Below the pieces are notes generated by a model. That model saw only the letters and a list, made by a program, of their open reading frames with translations, searched no databases and was not told the origin of the DNA. A DNA stretch of 38,789 bases, taken from assembly GCA_044371965.1 (NCBI GenBank), contig JBILSS010000003.1, positions 1 to 38,789 on the forward strand. The letters run 5' to 3'. The stretch's first letter is position 1. Each line of letters opens with the position of its first letter. Shown here piece by piece: positions 24,580 to 34,317 of the stretch. A program made the position numbers and the translations under genes. Source of the stretch: Vampirovibrionales bacterium. Its GTDB lineage: Bacteria; Cyanobacteriota; Vampirovibrionia; Vampirovibrionales; JAJTHC01.

Positions 24580-26223
24580 ATGACGCATTTCAACTTGTCT
24601 TGTCCTAAGCCAAATGGTGAGGAGGCTCTAGAAATCTCTTTAGCCCTTGGCAACATTCTTTTTGTCTTGGGTGCGAATGGTACAGGAAAATCGGCTTTTT
24701 TAACTCATATAAATACAAAATTTACTCATGTCAAACGTATTCTTGCCCACCGCCAACTAGCGTTGGAAGATAATGGTATTGACTTACGCTCTACTCACAT
24801 GAATAACTATAAAATAAATATAGATCAGTTTAATAGGACTCCCGAAGCTCGGTGTAGTCCCAGATATTTAAGAGAAGTACCTCAAATGATATTATCGGAC
24901 TTAATAAGTATTAACAACCAATACAATCAAAGTATTATAGAGGCAATTAAAGCAGGTGAGGTCGTAGAAAATATCTTATCACCTCTTGATAAACTCAACA
25001 ATCTTTTACAATTATCGAACTTAGAAATTTCGATCACTACTGATTTAAACAAATTCTACGCTTCTAAAAACTCTAGTCCTCGTTACAGTATTGTAAATCT
25101 TTCAGATGCCGAAAAAAGTGCACTCTCCTTAATATCGGAAGTTTTAACTGTTCCGCCAAATACTTTAATTCTGATTGATGAACCAGAACGACATTTTCAT
25201 AGGTCGATTATTTCCCCCTTAATTACACAACTTCTACAGGAAAGAGACGATTGTGCCTTTGTTGTGGCAACCCATGACATAAACTTACCTATGGACAATC
25301 CAAACGCAAACGTTTTATTAATAAGAAGTTGCGAGTGGAAAAATGAAGGTAATTCGTGTTTTTGGGACGCTGATCTTTTAGAATCAAAGGATGAGATTGA
25401 TGATAAATTAAAACAAGACATTTTAGGTTCACGTCGAAACTTACTTTTTGTTGAGGGAGAGACTCAAAGCCTAGATTATCAACTTTACAAAATTTTATTC
25501 CCAGACGTATCGGTTATTCCTAAGGGAGATTGTCGAAATGTTCAAGCCGCTGTAAAAAGCCTTAGAGAGAATGAATCTGTTCATTGGGTAAAAGCTTATG
25601 GAATTATCGATGCGGATGACCACGATGAATCTGACCTTGAGAGTCTAAAAAATGATTATATCTACGCATTACCATGCTATGCAATAGAATCCATTTATTT
25701 TAGTCCTGAAGTTTTAGAAGAAATGGCTAACAGAGTCGCAAGCCATAAAGACGTTTGCCGAGAAGAACTCCTAGAAAATACCCAAAAAGCAATCCTAGAT
25801 AAAATGGGACAACGCAAAGAACATTTATGTAGTTATTTATGCGAACGTATAATAAGAAAACAAATAAAAGATCCTGAACGACCAAAGCGAGATCAAATTT
25901 TAGGGAAAGGAACATTCAAGCCTTATGAGGGTCTTGAATTCCAACAAGAAATAGACTTGGATGCTTTTCTTGAGACAGAAATGGGAATCTTTGAATCTCT
26001 TTTAACACAAACAGATACTCAAACACTTATATTTCGGTATCCAGTTAAAAAGTCAGGCGTTATGGGTGCCGTTGCAAAGGCTTTAGAATTTAGAAATACG
26101 GAAGACTATATGGCTGGTTTCCGAAAAATGATGATGGATAATAATGAGTTCCGTAATAAGTTTATCGAACTTCATTTTAGTGAGTTAAGTCGAGAGATTC
26201 AAGCTACTGAAACAATGGTATAA
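24580..26223 (+). CDS. ABC-ATPase (AAA_21) fused to a TOPRIM/DUF4435-like domain; PARIS-fused or OLD-like defence protein
   Basis: Walker A GANGTGKS, signature LSDAEK, Walker B ILIDEPERHFH, H-loop VATHD, TOPRIM FVEG and IDAD. AT-rich. The ATG at 24580 follows GAGGT. Confidence 0.8.
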   Translation: MTHFNLSCPKPNGEEALEISLALGNILFVLGANGTGKSAFLTHINTKFTHVKRILAHRQLALEDNGIDLRSTHMNNYKINIDQFNRTPEARCSPRYLREVPQMILSDLISINNQYNQSIIEAIKAGEVVENILSPLDKLNNLLQLSNLEISITTDLNKFYASKNSSPRYSIVNLSDAEKSALSLISEVLTVPPNTLILIDEPERHFHRSIISPLITQLLQERDDCAFVVATHDINLPMDNPNANVLLIRSCEWKNEGNSCFWDADLLESKDEIDDKLKQDILGSRRNLLFVEGETQSLDYQLYKILFPDVSVIPKGDCRNVQAAVKSLRENESVHWVKAYGIIDADDHDESDLESLKNDYIYALPCYAIESIYFSPEVLEEMANRVASHKDVCREELLENTQKAILDKMGQRKEHLCSYLCERIIRKQIKDPERPKRDQILGKGTFKPYEGLEFQQEIDLDAFLETEMGIFESLLTQTDTQTLIFRYPVKKSGVMGAVAKALEFRNTEDYMAGFRKMMMDNNEFRNKFIELHFSELSREIQATETMV

Positions 26224-26224
26224 A

Positions 26225-28669
26225 TCAGCCTGAAGACAGCAGTTTCACCTCTTCTGAAGACCCCCGACGCAGTTTTTCCCACAAAATCGGATGCTCCTGC
26301 TGAAGCCCCGCCACGCCCAAACGCTCCACCCACTCAAACGCCGTTTGGCGTGCTTGAGCCAATAGCTCGTAATCGTCCACCAAGTTGGCAAATTGCAGTT
26401 CGGGCAACCCACTTTGACGCAAGCCCACATAATCCCCCGGCCCTCGAATGGCAAGGTCATGTTCCGCAATTACAAAGCCGTTACTGGTTTCTTCCATAAT
26501 TTCAAGACGTTTGGTCGTTTCTTCGTTCTTTTGTTGAGCAATCAACACGCAGTAACTTTGATGTTCCGCACGACCCACACGCCCTCGTAACTGGTGAAGT
26601 TGAGCCAGCCCGAAACGCTCCGCATTTTCAATCAGCATGACACTCGCATTCGGCACGTTCACGCCGACTTCCACCACCGTCGTGGAAACCAAAATATCAA
26701 GCTCGCCTTGCACAAAGGCGTGCATGACGGCATCCTTTTCTTCCGCTTTGAGCTTGCCGTGCATCAAGCCCACACGCCGATGCTGAAAGACTGCCGTCCG
26801 CAGGCGTTCATATTCCGCCGAAGCGGCTTTCGCACTCAAGCTTTCGCTTTCATCAATCAAGGGAAAGACGATATAGGCTTGACGACCATACACCAACTGC
26901 GTTTCAATCAGATCGTACGCTTCCTTGCGATGGCTATTGCTCAACAGACGGGTTAAAATCGGCGACCGCCCTGGAGGCAATTCGTCCAATACGCTCACAT
27001 CCAAGTCGCCGTGCATTGTCATGGCAAGCGTCCGAGGAATGGGCGTGGCGGTCATCGAAAGCAGTTCAGGCATTTGATCGTCCACCCCCTTATTGCGGAG
27101 GGCGAGGCGTTGCTTGACGCCAAAGCGATGCTGTTCATCCACCACGACAACGCCCAAACGATGAAACTCGACGCTTTTTTGAATGAGGGCGTGCGTCCCC
27201 ACCACCAAATGAATCTGCCCATTGGCGAGTGATTGCAAGACCTCTCGCTTGGCTTTCGCCCCGAGTTTACCCACCAATAACGCCGTTTTAATCCCCAAGG
27301 GAGCTAGCATCTCGACGCATCCTTGATAGTGCTGTTCGGCGAGAATCTCCGTCGGTGCCATGAACGCCCCTTGAAAACCATTTTCGATCGCCACCAGCAG
27401 GGTAAGCATCGCCACCACGGTCTTACCACTACCAACATCCCCATGCAGCAGGCGGTTCATCGGCAAGGGAGACGCTAAATCGTCGCAAACTTCTTGAAAC
27501 GATCGAGCCTGTGCCTTGGTGAGCTGATACGGCAGGCTTTCCAAAAACTGATGCACCAAGCCATCGGGCTTGACGTGGATGCTCTGCCCGTGAATTTCGT
27601 GCTTATAGGTGTAACGCATCAACGCCAAACGCAGTTGTAACAGGAACAATTCTTCAAACCCAAAGCGATGCTTGGCTTTTTCCGCAACCGCTAGATTCAT
27701 GGGAAAATGCAGGCTATGAAAGGCTTCATGCACACCCATGAGCTGGTGTTCTTGGCGGATCGCTTCAGGCAAGGCATCGGGGATTTCGGCACTGAAGGTG
27801 TCGAGGGCGTTTTGAATGCATCGACGCAGGCTTTTCAGATTTAAGCCCTGCGTCAACGGATACACAGGCAAAACAGTCGTCGCACCATGCCCCAGCATCG
27901 GGGATTCGTCGCCGTCTTCATAGCTTAAGGTTTGCATTTCGGCGTTGTCGAGTTGGGGGCAGTGGTTGAAGCTGTCCCACTTGACTTTACCGCTAATCAG
28001 GACTTCCGTGCCTTTGGGGAACTTGGACTTGACGCTTTCAAGCATGGCTCGTTGGCGGGTGCTGAAAAAACGTTGTGAGCTAGCTTTTCCGCTGTCGTCC
28101 TGAAATAAAAACCGCAACACACTCAATTTACCGCTTTTCAAGTCATGCGATTCCACTCGCTTGATGGTGGCAATCAGGCTCACGTATTCGCCTTCCATGA
28201 CATCCGCCAGCTTTTTGCGTTGCTGGTAGTCAATGTACTGACGGGGGGCATATCGCAAGACGTCTTCCACCGTTGCCAAGCCCAAGTTTCGGAGCATTGC
28301 TTCTAATTTCGGTCCGATGCCTTTAATCTTCGCCAAAGACTGCTGCCCAGCGGAGGCGTTTTCATTATCATCCACAGTCGCCGTTTTTTTCGTCGGAGGC
28401 TTAAGCATGGCATGGCAGAAATGTTCGAGGGCATCGACGGCGTGCATCCGCAGGGGGAGATCCATCATGTCGTAGCGTTGAAACTGCATCAGCAGTTTCG
28501 GGATGGCATCTTCGTCGAGGACGTGCTTGATGACGAGTTTCAGTTGCAAGCGAACGAAGGCATCAAAGCGACGTTCTTTGCCTTGCACGTTGATGAATCG
28601 ATGCTTTTTTTCAACATCGATGCCTTTGAGCAGGGTTTCAAACACGGCGTTGACTTCGGGGCTTAGCAT
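26225..28669 (-). CDS. recG: ATP-dependent DNA helicase RecG
   Basis: MNRLLHGDVGSGKT, DEQHRFGV, MTATPIPRTL, GLAQLHQLRGRVGR. Confidence 0.97.
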   Translation of the reverse strand: MLSPEVNAVFETLLKGIDVEKKHRFINVQGKERRFDAFVRLQLKLVIKHVLDEDAIPKLLMQFQRYDMMDLPLRMHAVDALEHFCHAMLKPPTKKTATVDDNENASAGQQSLAKIKGIGPKLEAMLRNLGLATVEDVLRYAPRQYIDYQQRKKLADVMEGEYVSLIATIKRVESHDLKSGKLSVLRFLFQDDSGKASSQRFFSTRQRAMLESVKSKFPKGTEVLISGKVKWDSFNHCPQLDNAEMQTLSYEDGDESPMLGHGATTVLPVYPLTQGLNLKSLRRCIQNALDTFSAEIPDALPEAIRQEHQLMGVHEAFHSLHFPMNLAVAEKAKHRFGFEELFLLQLRLALMRYTYKHEIHGQSIHVKPDGLVHQFLESLPYQLTKAQARSFQEVCDDLASPLPMNRLLHGDVGSGKTVVAMLTLLVAIENGFQGAFMAPTEILAEQHYQGCVEMLAPLGIKTALLVGKLGAKAKREVLQSLANGQIHLVVGTHALIQKSVEFHRLGVVVVDEQHRFGVKQRLALRNKGVDDQMPELLSMTATPIPRTLAMTMHGDLDVSVLDELPPGRSPILTRLLSNSHRKEAYDLIETQLVYGRQAYIVFPLIDESESLSAKAASAEYERLRTAVFQHRRVGLMHGKLKAEEKDAVMHAFVQGELDILVSTTVVEVGVNVPNASVMLIENAERFGLAQLHQLRGRVGRAEHQSYCVLIAQQKNEETTKRLEIMEETSNGFVIAEHDLAIRGPGDYVGLRQSGLPELQFANLVDDYELLAQARQTAFEWVERLGVAGLQQEHPILWEKLRRGSSEEVKLLSSG

Positions 28670-29781
28670 GGGGAATCCCTATAAAAAAGTGCTTCAATTA
28701 AAGCATTGGTATAGCTTTTATGTTCTTTTTTAAGTTCTTTATCTGTCTCAATTGCATTTAAATAAGTCGTCATAAATTGTTGATTATCTTGTATTAAACG
28801 TAAATAATACTTCAAGGTATCCAAAACACCATTGACGACAATTTGGCATCCATGCTCTTCTTTTACTTCTGCTATAATCTTTTGTATGTCTTCCACATCG
28901 TCTTTCGCAATACCGATACAAGACAGCACATAGTAACGCGTCGGATTGTATTGATAGATTTTTTCTTTGACAATTCTTAACAAGTGTATATCAATCGGCT
29001 TGTCTAATTTGACTTCAATCGATTCAAATAACTTATCTTCTTTATAAACTTCAATATCGCCTGATGTTTTAGAGGTTCTATCCGAAGCCGTATGACTTCC
29101 TAAGTCCAAGAGTGTACAATGTTGATAACGGTTCAATTCCGACAATAAACAAGTATACATACTATGCAAGGCTAAAACAGGCAACTTACTACCTCCTTGC
29201 GTCTCATAAGAATGAAAAAATTGTGCTTTTAAAAAGTCAACCACTTGAGAAATAAGCAATTCATCGGGATTTTTTAAAGGTAGTATAGGGATATGATGCT
29301 CTATTGTCATTTCCCAAGTAAGACCCAACAACACACTTAAAACTTCAAAAGAGGATGCACCTTTTTCTTCAACAGCATCCAATAGACTTAAAAAGGCAAC
29401 TTTTACCCCTTTTCCACTAATTTTTCCTTCGTATGCCAAAGAATAGGGGAACGGTTGTTCCAAGGAGCGAGTCAACCAACCACTTTCACTCATTGAAGGT
29501 AAGCCCATCTTTTTAAGCAGGGGTGTAATATACTTGGTATCAATACTTCTGCCTGAAAAACCATTGTTCATATGGGATTGATGTAAACGTATATCTTGCT
29601 TAGGTTCGAAAATTTTATAAACCAAAAGCGTAACTAAAACAGTATAAACACCTTTTTGAGAATAAGCATTATCCGCAATACATTTAACCCAGCTTTGAAT
29701 TTGATCGTTGAGATGATTGCTCGAACAAACTTTGTTGTCGAATGCGTGTTGTAAAATTTCCGAAGGGTTTGACGTTGTCAT
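28663..29781 (-). CDS. Putative type II restriction endonuclease (PD-(D/E)xK; possibly SacI-like)
   Basis: Downstream of a C5 methyltransferase, GDIEV...IEVK motif, AT-rich. Confidence 0.7.
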   Translation of the reverse strand: MTTSNPSEILQHAFDNKVCSSNHLNDQIQSWVKCIADNAYSQKGVYTVLVTLLVYKIFEPKQDIRLHQSHMNNGFSGRSIDTKYITPLLKKMGLPSMSESGWLTRSLEQPFPYSLAYEGKISGKGVKVAFLSLLDAVEEKGASSFEVLSVLLGLTWEMTIEHHIPILPLKNPDELLISQVVDFLKAQFFHSYETQGGSKLPVLALHSMYTCLLSELNRYQHCTLLDLGSHTASDRTSKTSGDIEVYKEDKLFESIEVKLDKPIDIHLLRIVKEKIYQYNPTRYYVLSCIGIAKDDVEDIQKIIAEVKEEHGCQIVVNGVLDTLKYYLRLIQDNQQFMTTYLNAIETDKELKKEHKSYTNALIEALFYRDSPC

Positions 29782-30796
29782 GGGGGATGTCCTTTATCTC
29801 AAAGAATTGGCTTTTTATTGCACAAGCGACGGCTTGAATCATGGGTATACAAACCGAATTACCGATTTGCTTATAAGCTTCTGATTTAGAGGAATGTATT
29901 TGAAACACTTCAGGGTAGCCCATAAAACGATAACATTCTCTTATTGTTAGTCGTCGCACCGCATCAATGCGATCATCATAGATAAAAAAGCGTCCTGAAA
30001 CTTCTTGAGAAGGTAACGTGGGATGAGTCCCCTGAATAGAATAAATACGGTTAGGTTGTTTATGGACACGAGACAAATGTTCTGTATTAGGACGTGTTCC
30101 ATTAATGCGAATGTTTTTATTTCGGTAGCCTGCAAAAATCAATCCCGAACGTTGCTGTGTTACTTTTTCAAGAAGTGTGTACTCTGCTTTTTCAAGAAAA
30201 TCAAAGTCTCCTTCCACATCTAAAAAGTCTTTCATGGCTATTTTTTGAGGATGGTACGATATTTTATTAAAATCAAAAGGCTTACTTTTCGTTGCGATGA
30301 TTATAATACGTTCTCTATTTTGAGGTGTATTAAAATGAATGGCATTTAATACTTTAAACCTGACAAAATAACCTAAATCTTCCAAACTTTCTAAAATAGT
30401 ATTAAGTGTTTTACCATTGTCATGGTGAACTAAGTGTTTGACGTTTTCTAAAAAAATAACAGGCGGTTTTTTAATTTGTATGATTTGACAGATATTAAAA
30501 AATAACGTACCTCGTGTATCTTCAAACCCTTTTTGTTGTCCACAAATACTAAACGGTTGACAGGGAAAGCCTGCACACAGCACATCAAAATCAGGGATGC
30601 TTGTGTAGTCGACCTGCGTAATATCTCCCGCAAAAAAGCCGTCTTCAAATAAAGTGGGTGAAATGGACTTAAAATTGGCTTCGTAGGTTTGGCGAGCATG
30701 GGTGTCTATTTCAGAGGCAAACACACAGTCCCCACCCACCTGATGAAACGCCAAGTGAAAGCCCCCGATGCCTGCAAATAAATCAATAAACTTCAT
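29684..30796 (-). CDS. DNA (cytosine-5)-methyltransferase
   Basis: DLFAGIGG, GFPCQPFS, ENV, QNRERI and YKQIGNSV motifs. Confidence 0.96.
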   Translation of the reverse strand: MKFIDLFAGIGGFHLAFHQVGGDCVFASEIDTHARQTYEANFKSISPTLFEDGFFAGDITQVDYTSIPDFDVLCAGFPCQPFSICGQQKGFEDTRGTLFFNICQIIQIKKPPVIFLENVKHLVHHDNGKTLNTILESLEDLGYFVRFKVLNAIHFNTPQNRERIIIIATKSKPFDFNKISYHPQKIAMKDFLDVEGDFDFLEKAEYTLLEKVTQQRSGLIFAGYRNKNIRINGTRPNTEHLSRVHKQPNRIYSIQGTHPTLPSQEVSGRFFIYDDRIDAVRRLTIRECYRFMGYPEVFQIHSSKSEAYKQIGNSVCIPMIQAVACAIKSQFFEIKDIPHDNVKPFGNFTTRIRQQSLFEQSSQRSNSKLG

Positions 30797-30808
30797 GATG
30801 ATCTCCTC

Positions 30809-30932
30809 TTGACATTATCGCAAAAAGGAGCTAAAAAACAAGAGTCGCCCTTTGACACATTTCCAATTTGCTTGGAAGGAGGTGAGGCGACTACGATATT
30901 TTTATTATGACTATTTTTATTCATTTTGTCAA
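30809..30932. promoter_or_regulatory. R-M promoter region with a structured leader between convergent sigma70-like promoters
   Basis: Minus TTGACA-17-CATAAT (30932-30904), plus TTGACA-17-TAAAAA (30809-30837). Nested stems AGTCGCC/GGCGACT and TTCCAA/TTGGAA lie between them. Confidence 0.5.
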
Positions 30933-30972
30933 GCCTTTGCTCTAAATCAAGGAGCCGTCCCCTTCTAAGTTC

Positions 30973-31794
30973 CTATCGTTCGGCAGGCACATAATCAGGC
31001 AAAGGTCGGCGAGCAGGGATCTTGTCAATCAAGTTAAACAACAACGTTTTCACATTCACCACATTTTGATTGAAAAACGCCATGACTTCCCCATGGCTCA
31101 CAGGGGGGATGCCATCCACACCCGAATCATAGTCGGTAATCAACGCAATACTAATCGGGTAAAGATTCAATTCTTTCACCAAGTGGACTTCAGGGTACTG
31201 CGTCATATTGATGACTTCCCAACCCTGATTGCGGAACCACTGGCTTTCTGCCTTTGTCGAAAAACGAGGTCCTTGAATGACTACGACTGTACCTGTTTCA
31301 TGCACCGTCAAGCCTGCTTCTTTGCCTGCTTCAATTGCCCACTGACGACCTTCTTCATCAAAGGGATCCGCCGCTGAAACGTGGGTGATGATGCTTCCTT
31401 CATAGAAGGTGTCGCCACGGCTATGCGTGCGGTCGACGTACTGATCGCAAATGACCACATGCCCCGGAGCCACTTCTTTTTGAAGGCTCCCTGCGGCACA
31501 GGGAGAAATCACGGTATGCACGCCCAAGCTTTTCATCGCCCATACGTTGGCTTTGTAGTTAATACGATGCGGAGCGATCGTATGGCTTTTACCGTGACGA
31601 GGCAAAAAGGCGACTCGCTTGCCGTTGATCGTGCCGAGCGTGATTTCATCGCTAGGGGAGCCGAAAGGCGTTTCCAAGCGTATGGTTTGGGTGTCTTCCA
31701 AAAACTGATAAAAGCCTGAACCTCCAAAAACGCCAATATCGGCGACGGCGTGTTCATCGGTGTGAAAGGCAAAGGGAGCAGAAAGTTGAGACAT
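30973..31794 (-). CDS. mtnP: S-methyl-5'-thioadenosine phosphorylase
   Basis: GVFGGSGFY, FLPRHG, QGPRFSTKAES, INMTQYPE, TDYD. Confidence 0.93.
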   Translation of the reverse strand: MSQLSAPFAFHTDEHAVADIGVFGGSGFYQFLEDTQTIRLETPFGSPSDEITLGTINGKRVAFLPRHGKSHTIAPHRINYKANVWAMKSLGVHTVISPCAAGSLQKEVAPGHVVICDQYVDRTHSRGDTFYEGSIITHVSAADPFDEEGRQWAIEAGKEAGLTVHETGTVVVIQGPRFSTKAESQWFRNQGWEVINMTQYPEVHLVKELNLYPISIALITDYDSGVDGIPPVSHGEVMAFFNQNVVNVKTLLFNLIDKIPARRPLPDYVPAER

Positions 31795-31869
31795 GGTGGG
31801 GCATCCTTAAGGTTTAATATTCTGTCAAACCTGTTAAGAATACCTCAAATAAGTCGCACTTACAAGATT

Positions 31870-32676
31870 TTATTTGCCCGATTCAGCATCAAGCTCCTTA
31901 CCCACTTCAGGATAGTAAACCTTCAGCTTTTCTTGGATAAAATTTGGGCTTTCCCCTGCTTGAATCGCCATAACGCCTTCAACCATCATCGTGCGTTCGT
32001 GAAGAATATGCTTCACCTTAAACTTGACGTTACTGCCCAAGGGAATAAACAACAGGTTCGCAAACGCCACGCCGTAAACCGTTGCCACAAAGGCAACGGC
32101 AATCCCTGAGCCGAGCTTCGACGGATCGTTCAAGTTTTCCATAACGTGAATCAAACCCAATACCGCCCCGATAATCCCGACGGTTGGCGTAAAGCCTCCC
32201 GCCGTTTCCCACACCTTGGCGGCGGCTCCCATGCTTTCTTCGTAAACGGTGAGTTCCGTTTCCATGATGTCTCGCAAGAGTTGAGGATCCGTGCCGTCGG
32301 TCATCAGTTCCATGCCTTTTTTGAGGAAGGGATCTTCAATTTGCGTAATATCGTTTTGAAGGGCGAGAATCCCTTCTTTACGAGCCTTGGTCGCTAAGCT
32401 AATCAACAACTGAATCATGGCCTTGGGATCTTGATGATGCCCTTGAAAAATAAGCCCCAAGGTTCCCACGCCATTTTTGAGTTCTTCAGTCGTGAATGAA
32501 AGCACGGTTGCCCCAACGGATCCGCCCACCACGATCATAAAGGCAGTGGGTTGCACCAACGCCATAACTGAACCACCTTCCAAGACTTGACCGCCTATGA
32601 CGGCGAGAAAGGCAAGTCCAAGTCCTCCAATTGCAAATAAATCCATGGGTGCTAAGCTCTCTTTTTTGGGCGACAT
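31870..32676 (-). CDS. motA: Flagellar stator protein MotA
   Basis: ARKEGILAL, DPFLKKG, PTVGIIGAVLGLI, IAVAFVATVYG. Confidence 0.93.
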   Translation of the reverse strand: MSPKKESLAPMDLFAIGGLGLAFLAVIGGQVLEGGSVMALVQPTAFMIVVGGSVGATVLSFTTEELKNGVGTLGLIFQGHHQDPKAMIQLLISLATKARKEGILALQNDITQIEDPFLKKGMELMTDGTDPQLLRDIMETELTVYEESMGAAAKVWETAGGFTPTVGIIGAVLGLIHVMENLNDPSKLGSGIAVAFVATVYGVAFANLLFIPLGSNVKFKVKHILHERTMMVEGVMAIQAGESPNFIQEKLKVYYPEVGKELDAESGK

Positions 32677-33171
32677 TCTTTATTAGTGTGACAGAAAGGG
32701 AAAGCACCAAACGTTTTTGTGATTAAAATTACATTATTAAAGTGATTTATAGCCGTCTTTTAATGTTTTGTTAAGCTTTGTAACATACGAGCAATAATTA
32801 GGATTATGAAGACTTTATTAAAGTGAAGGAACTCCAAACCCCGAGCTTCTTCAAACCCCACCCACCCCAATCTCCTTCCCACCCCAACCTTAATTTACGA
32901 ACCTATCGTTCCCCTTTTCTTATTTTCCCAGTTCAGATCCACCCCAAGTTTTATGTAGACATTTCGCTCTAGGTACGCCACCTAAACCATTGTGTTTACA
33001 TTTTGTACAGACCTTCCAACACCGAAGGCTCTGTACCCCTCATTCAGAATCCACCTATCGAATACTATAACCGCTAAACAAACCTTTAAACACCACGAAG
33101 CCCGCTTGCTTCATCCCTTTCTCCCGTGTTTCAGATTTACCCTCTCCCTCTCTTCTATATGCCTATGTCCC

Positions 33172-33201
33172 CCTGTAATGAGCTTTCATTACAGGCTTTT
33201 T
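33172..33201. terminator. Intrinsic terminator hairpin
   Basis: CCTGTAATGA-GCTT-TCATTACAGG then CTTTTT on the plus strand. Confidence 0.65.
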
Positions 33202-33250
33202 ATTGCGATTTTCAGAATTTCCTTTCGCAATGACGGTGTGTTTTTGTGGC

Positions 33251-34291
33251 TTACTCCGCCTTGAGCTTGCGGTTCATCAAAGACCGCACCATCATCTCTT
33301 GCGACACTTCTGTGCCACTCACGGCTTGCACTACCAAATCCACAATCGGCATATCTAAGCCCAGCTCTTTAGCGATCTTATGCACGGCTTTAGCAGCTTG
33401 AACGCCTTCAGCGACCACTTTCATATCCGCCAAAATGGCATCTAAGGGCTCTCCCTTACCAAGTCGAAAGCCGACTTGAAAGTTACGGCTCAACGGTGAA
33501 TTACAGGTCGCCAACATATCACCTAAGCCTGCCAAGCCATAAATCGTTGATTCTTCGGCATTTTGAGCCAAGCAAAAACGAGCCATTTCCGCCAAGCCCC
33601 GAGTCAACAAAGACGCCTTGGCATTGTCGCCCAATTCTTTAGCCGTCATAAAACCACTGGCAATGGCGAACACGTTTTTAGATGCTCCAGCAAGTTCCAC
33701 ACCCAAGACATCGGTGTTGGTGTAGAGACGGAATTGTCTATCACAATTTAAGAGTTCTTGTAAGATTTTCGCCGTTTCAAGCGATTCTGCTGAAATCGTG
33801 CAAGCGGTAGGAAGTCCTTTTAAAATCTCTTTCGCCAGTGTAGGTCCCGACAAAACCCCAATTTTATGATGGGGAAAATATTCCTTCAAGACTTGTGACA
33901 TCGGCTTTAGCGACGGGTATTCCAGCCCTTTCGACGCATTTACCAGCATCGCCGTTTCAGGCAAAGCCCCCGTCGCTAAAATGGCTTGAGCCACTTCACG
34001 AGTCGCTTTTGCCGTGACGACAAACAAAACCGCATCGGCATCTTTAACCGCAGCCGCTAAGTTTGACGTTATTTCAACAGAAGCGGGAATATCCATTTGA
34101 ACAGGGAAGTCCACATGACGATTTTTGTTGAACGCCTCAACTTTCGCTTCATTGCGTCCCCATAAAGTCACCTGCATACGAGCTTTGTCAGGATCTCTTA
34201 ACTGGCTTTGTGCGGAAATCCACGCCAAGGTCAAGCCCCAACTCCCTGTGCCTAGAATACATAGTTTTTTGGCTGTTTCATCTTTCTTCAT
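33251..34291 (-). CDS. gpsA: NAD(P)H-dependent glycerol-3-phosphate dehydrogenase
   Basis: LGTGSWG, ASKGLE, LSGPTLA, GLGDMLATC.S.LSRN. Confidence 0.95.
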   Translation of the reverse strand: MKKDETAKKLCILGTGSWGLTLAWISAQSQLRDPDKARMQVTLWGRNEAKVEAFNKNRHVDFPVQMDIPASVEITSNLAAAVKDADAVLFVVTAKATREVAQAILATGALPETAMLVNASKGLEYPSLKPMSQVLKEYFPHHKIGVLSGPTLAKEILKGLPTACTISAESLETAKILQELLNCDRQFRLYTNTDVLGVELAGASKNVFAIASGFMTAKELGDNAKASLLTRGLAEMARFCLAQNAEESTIYGLAGLGDMLATCNSPLSRNFQVGFRLGKGEPLDAILADMKVVAEGVQAAKAVHKIAKELGLDMPIVDLVVQAVSGTEVSQEMMVRSLMNRKLKAE

Positions 34292-34317
34292 AGAAGTCGT
34301 CTAAAATCCTTCAATCC

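Noticed and set aside
28663-30796. Assigning a recognition sequence to the R-M system
   Set aside because: It cannot be determined by eye and needs REBASE comparison or methylome data.
32970-33000. c-di-GMP-I riboswitch upstream of motA, suggested by CCTAAACCATTG
   Set aside because: It is on the wrong strand for motA, and the GCAAA/GAAA core stems are not present.
32992-33264. 90-aa plus-strand ORF
   Set aside because: GTG start without SD, atypical composition, and it reads through a terminator hairpin.
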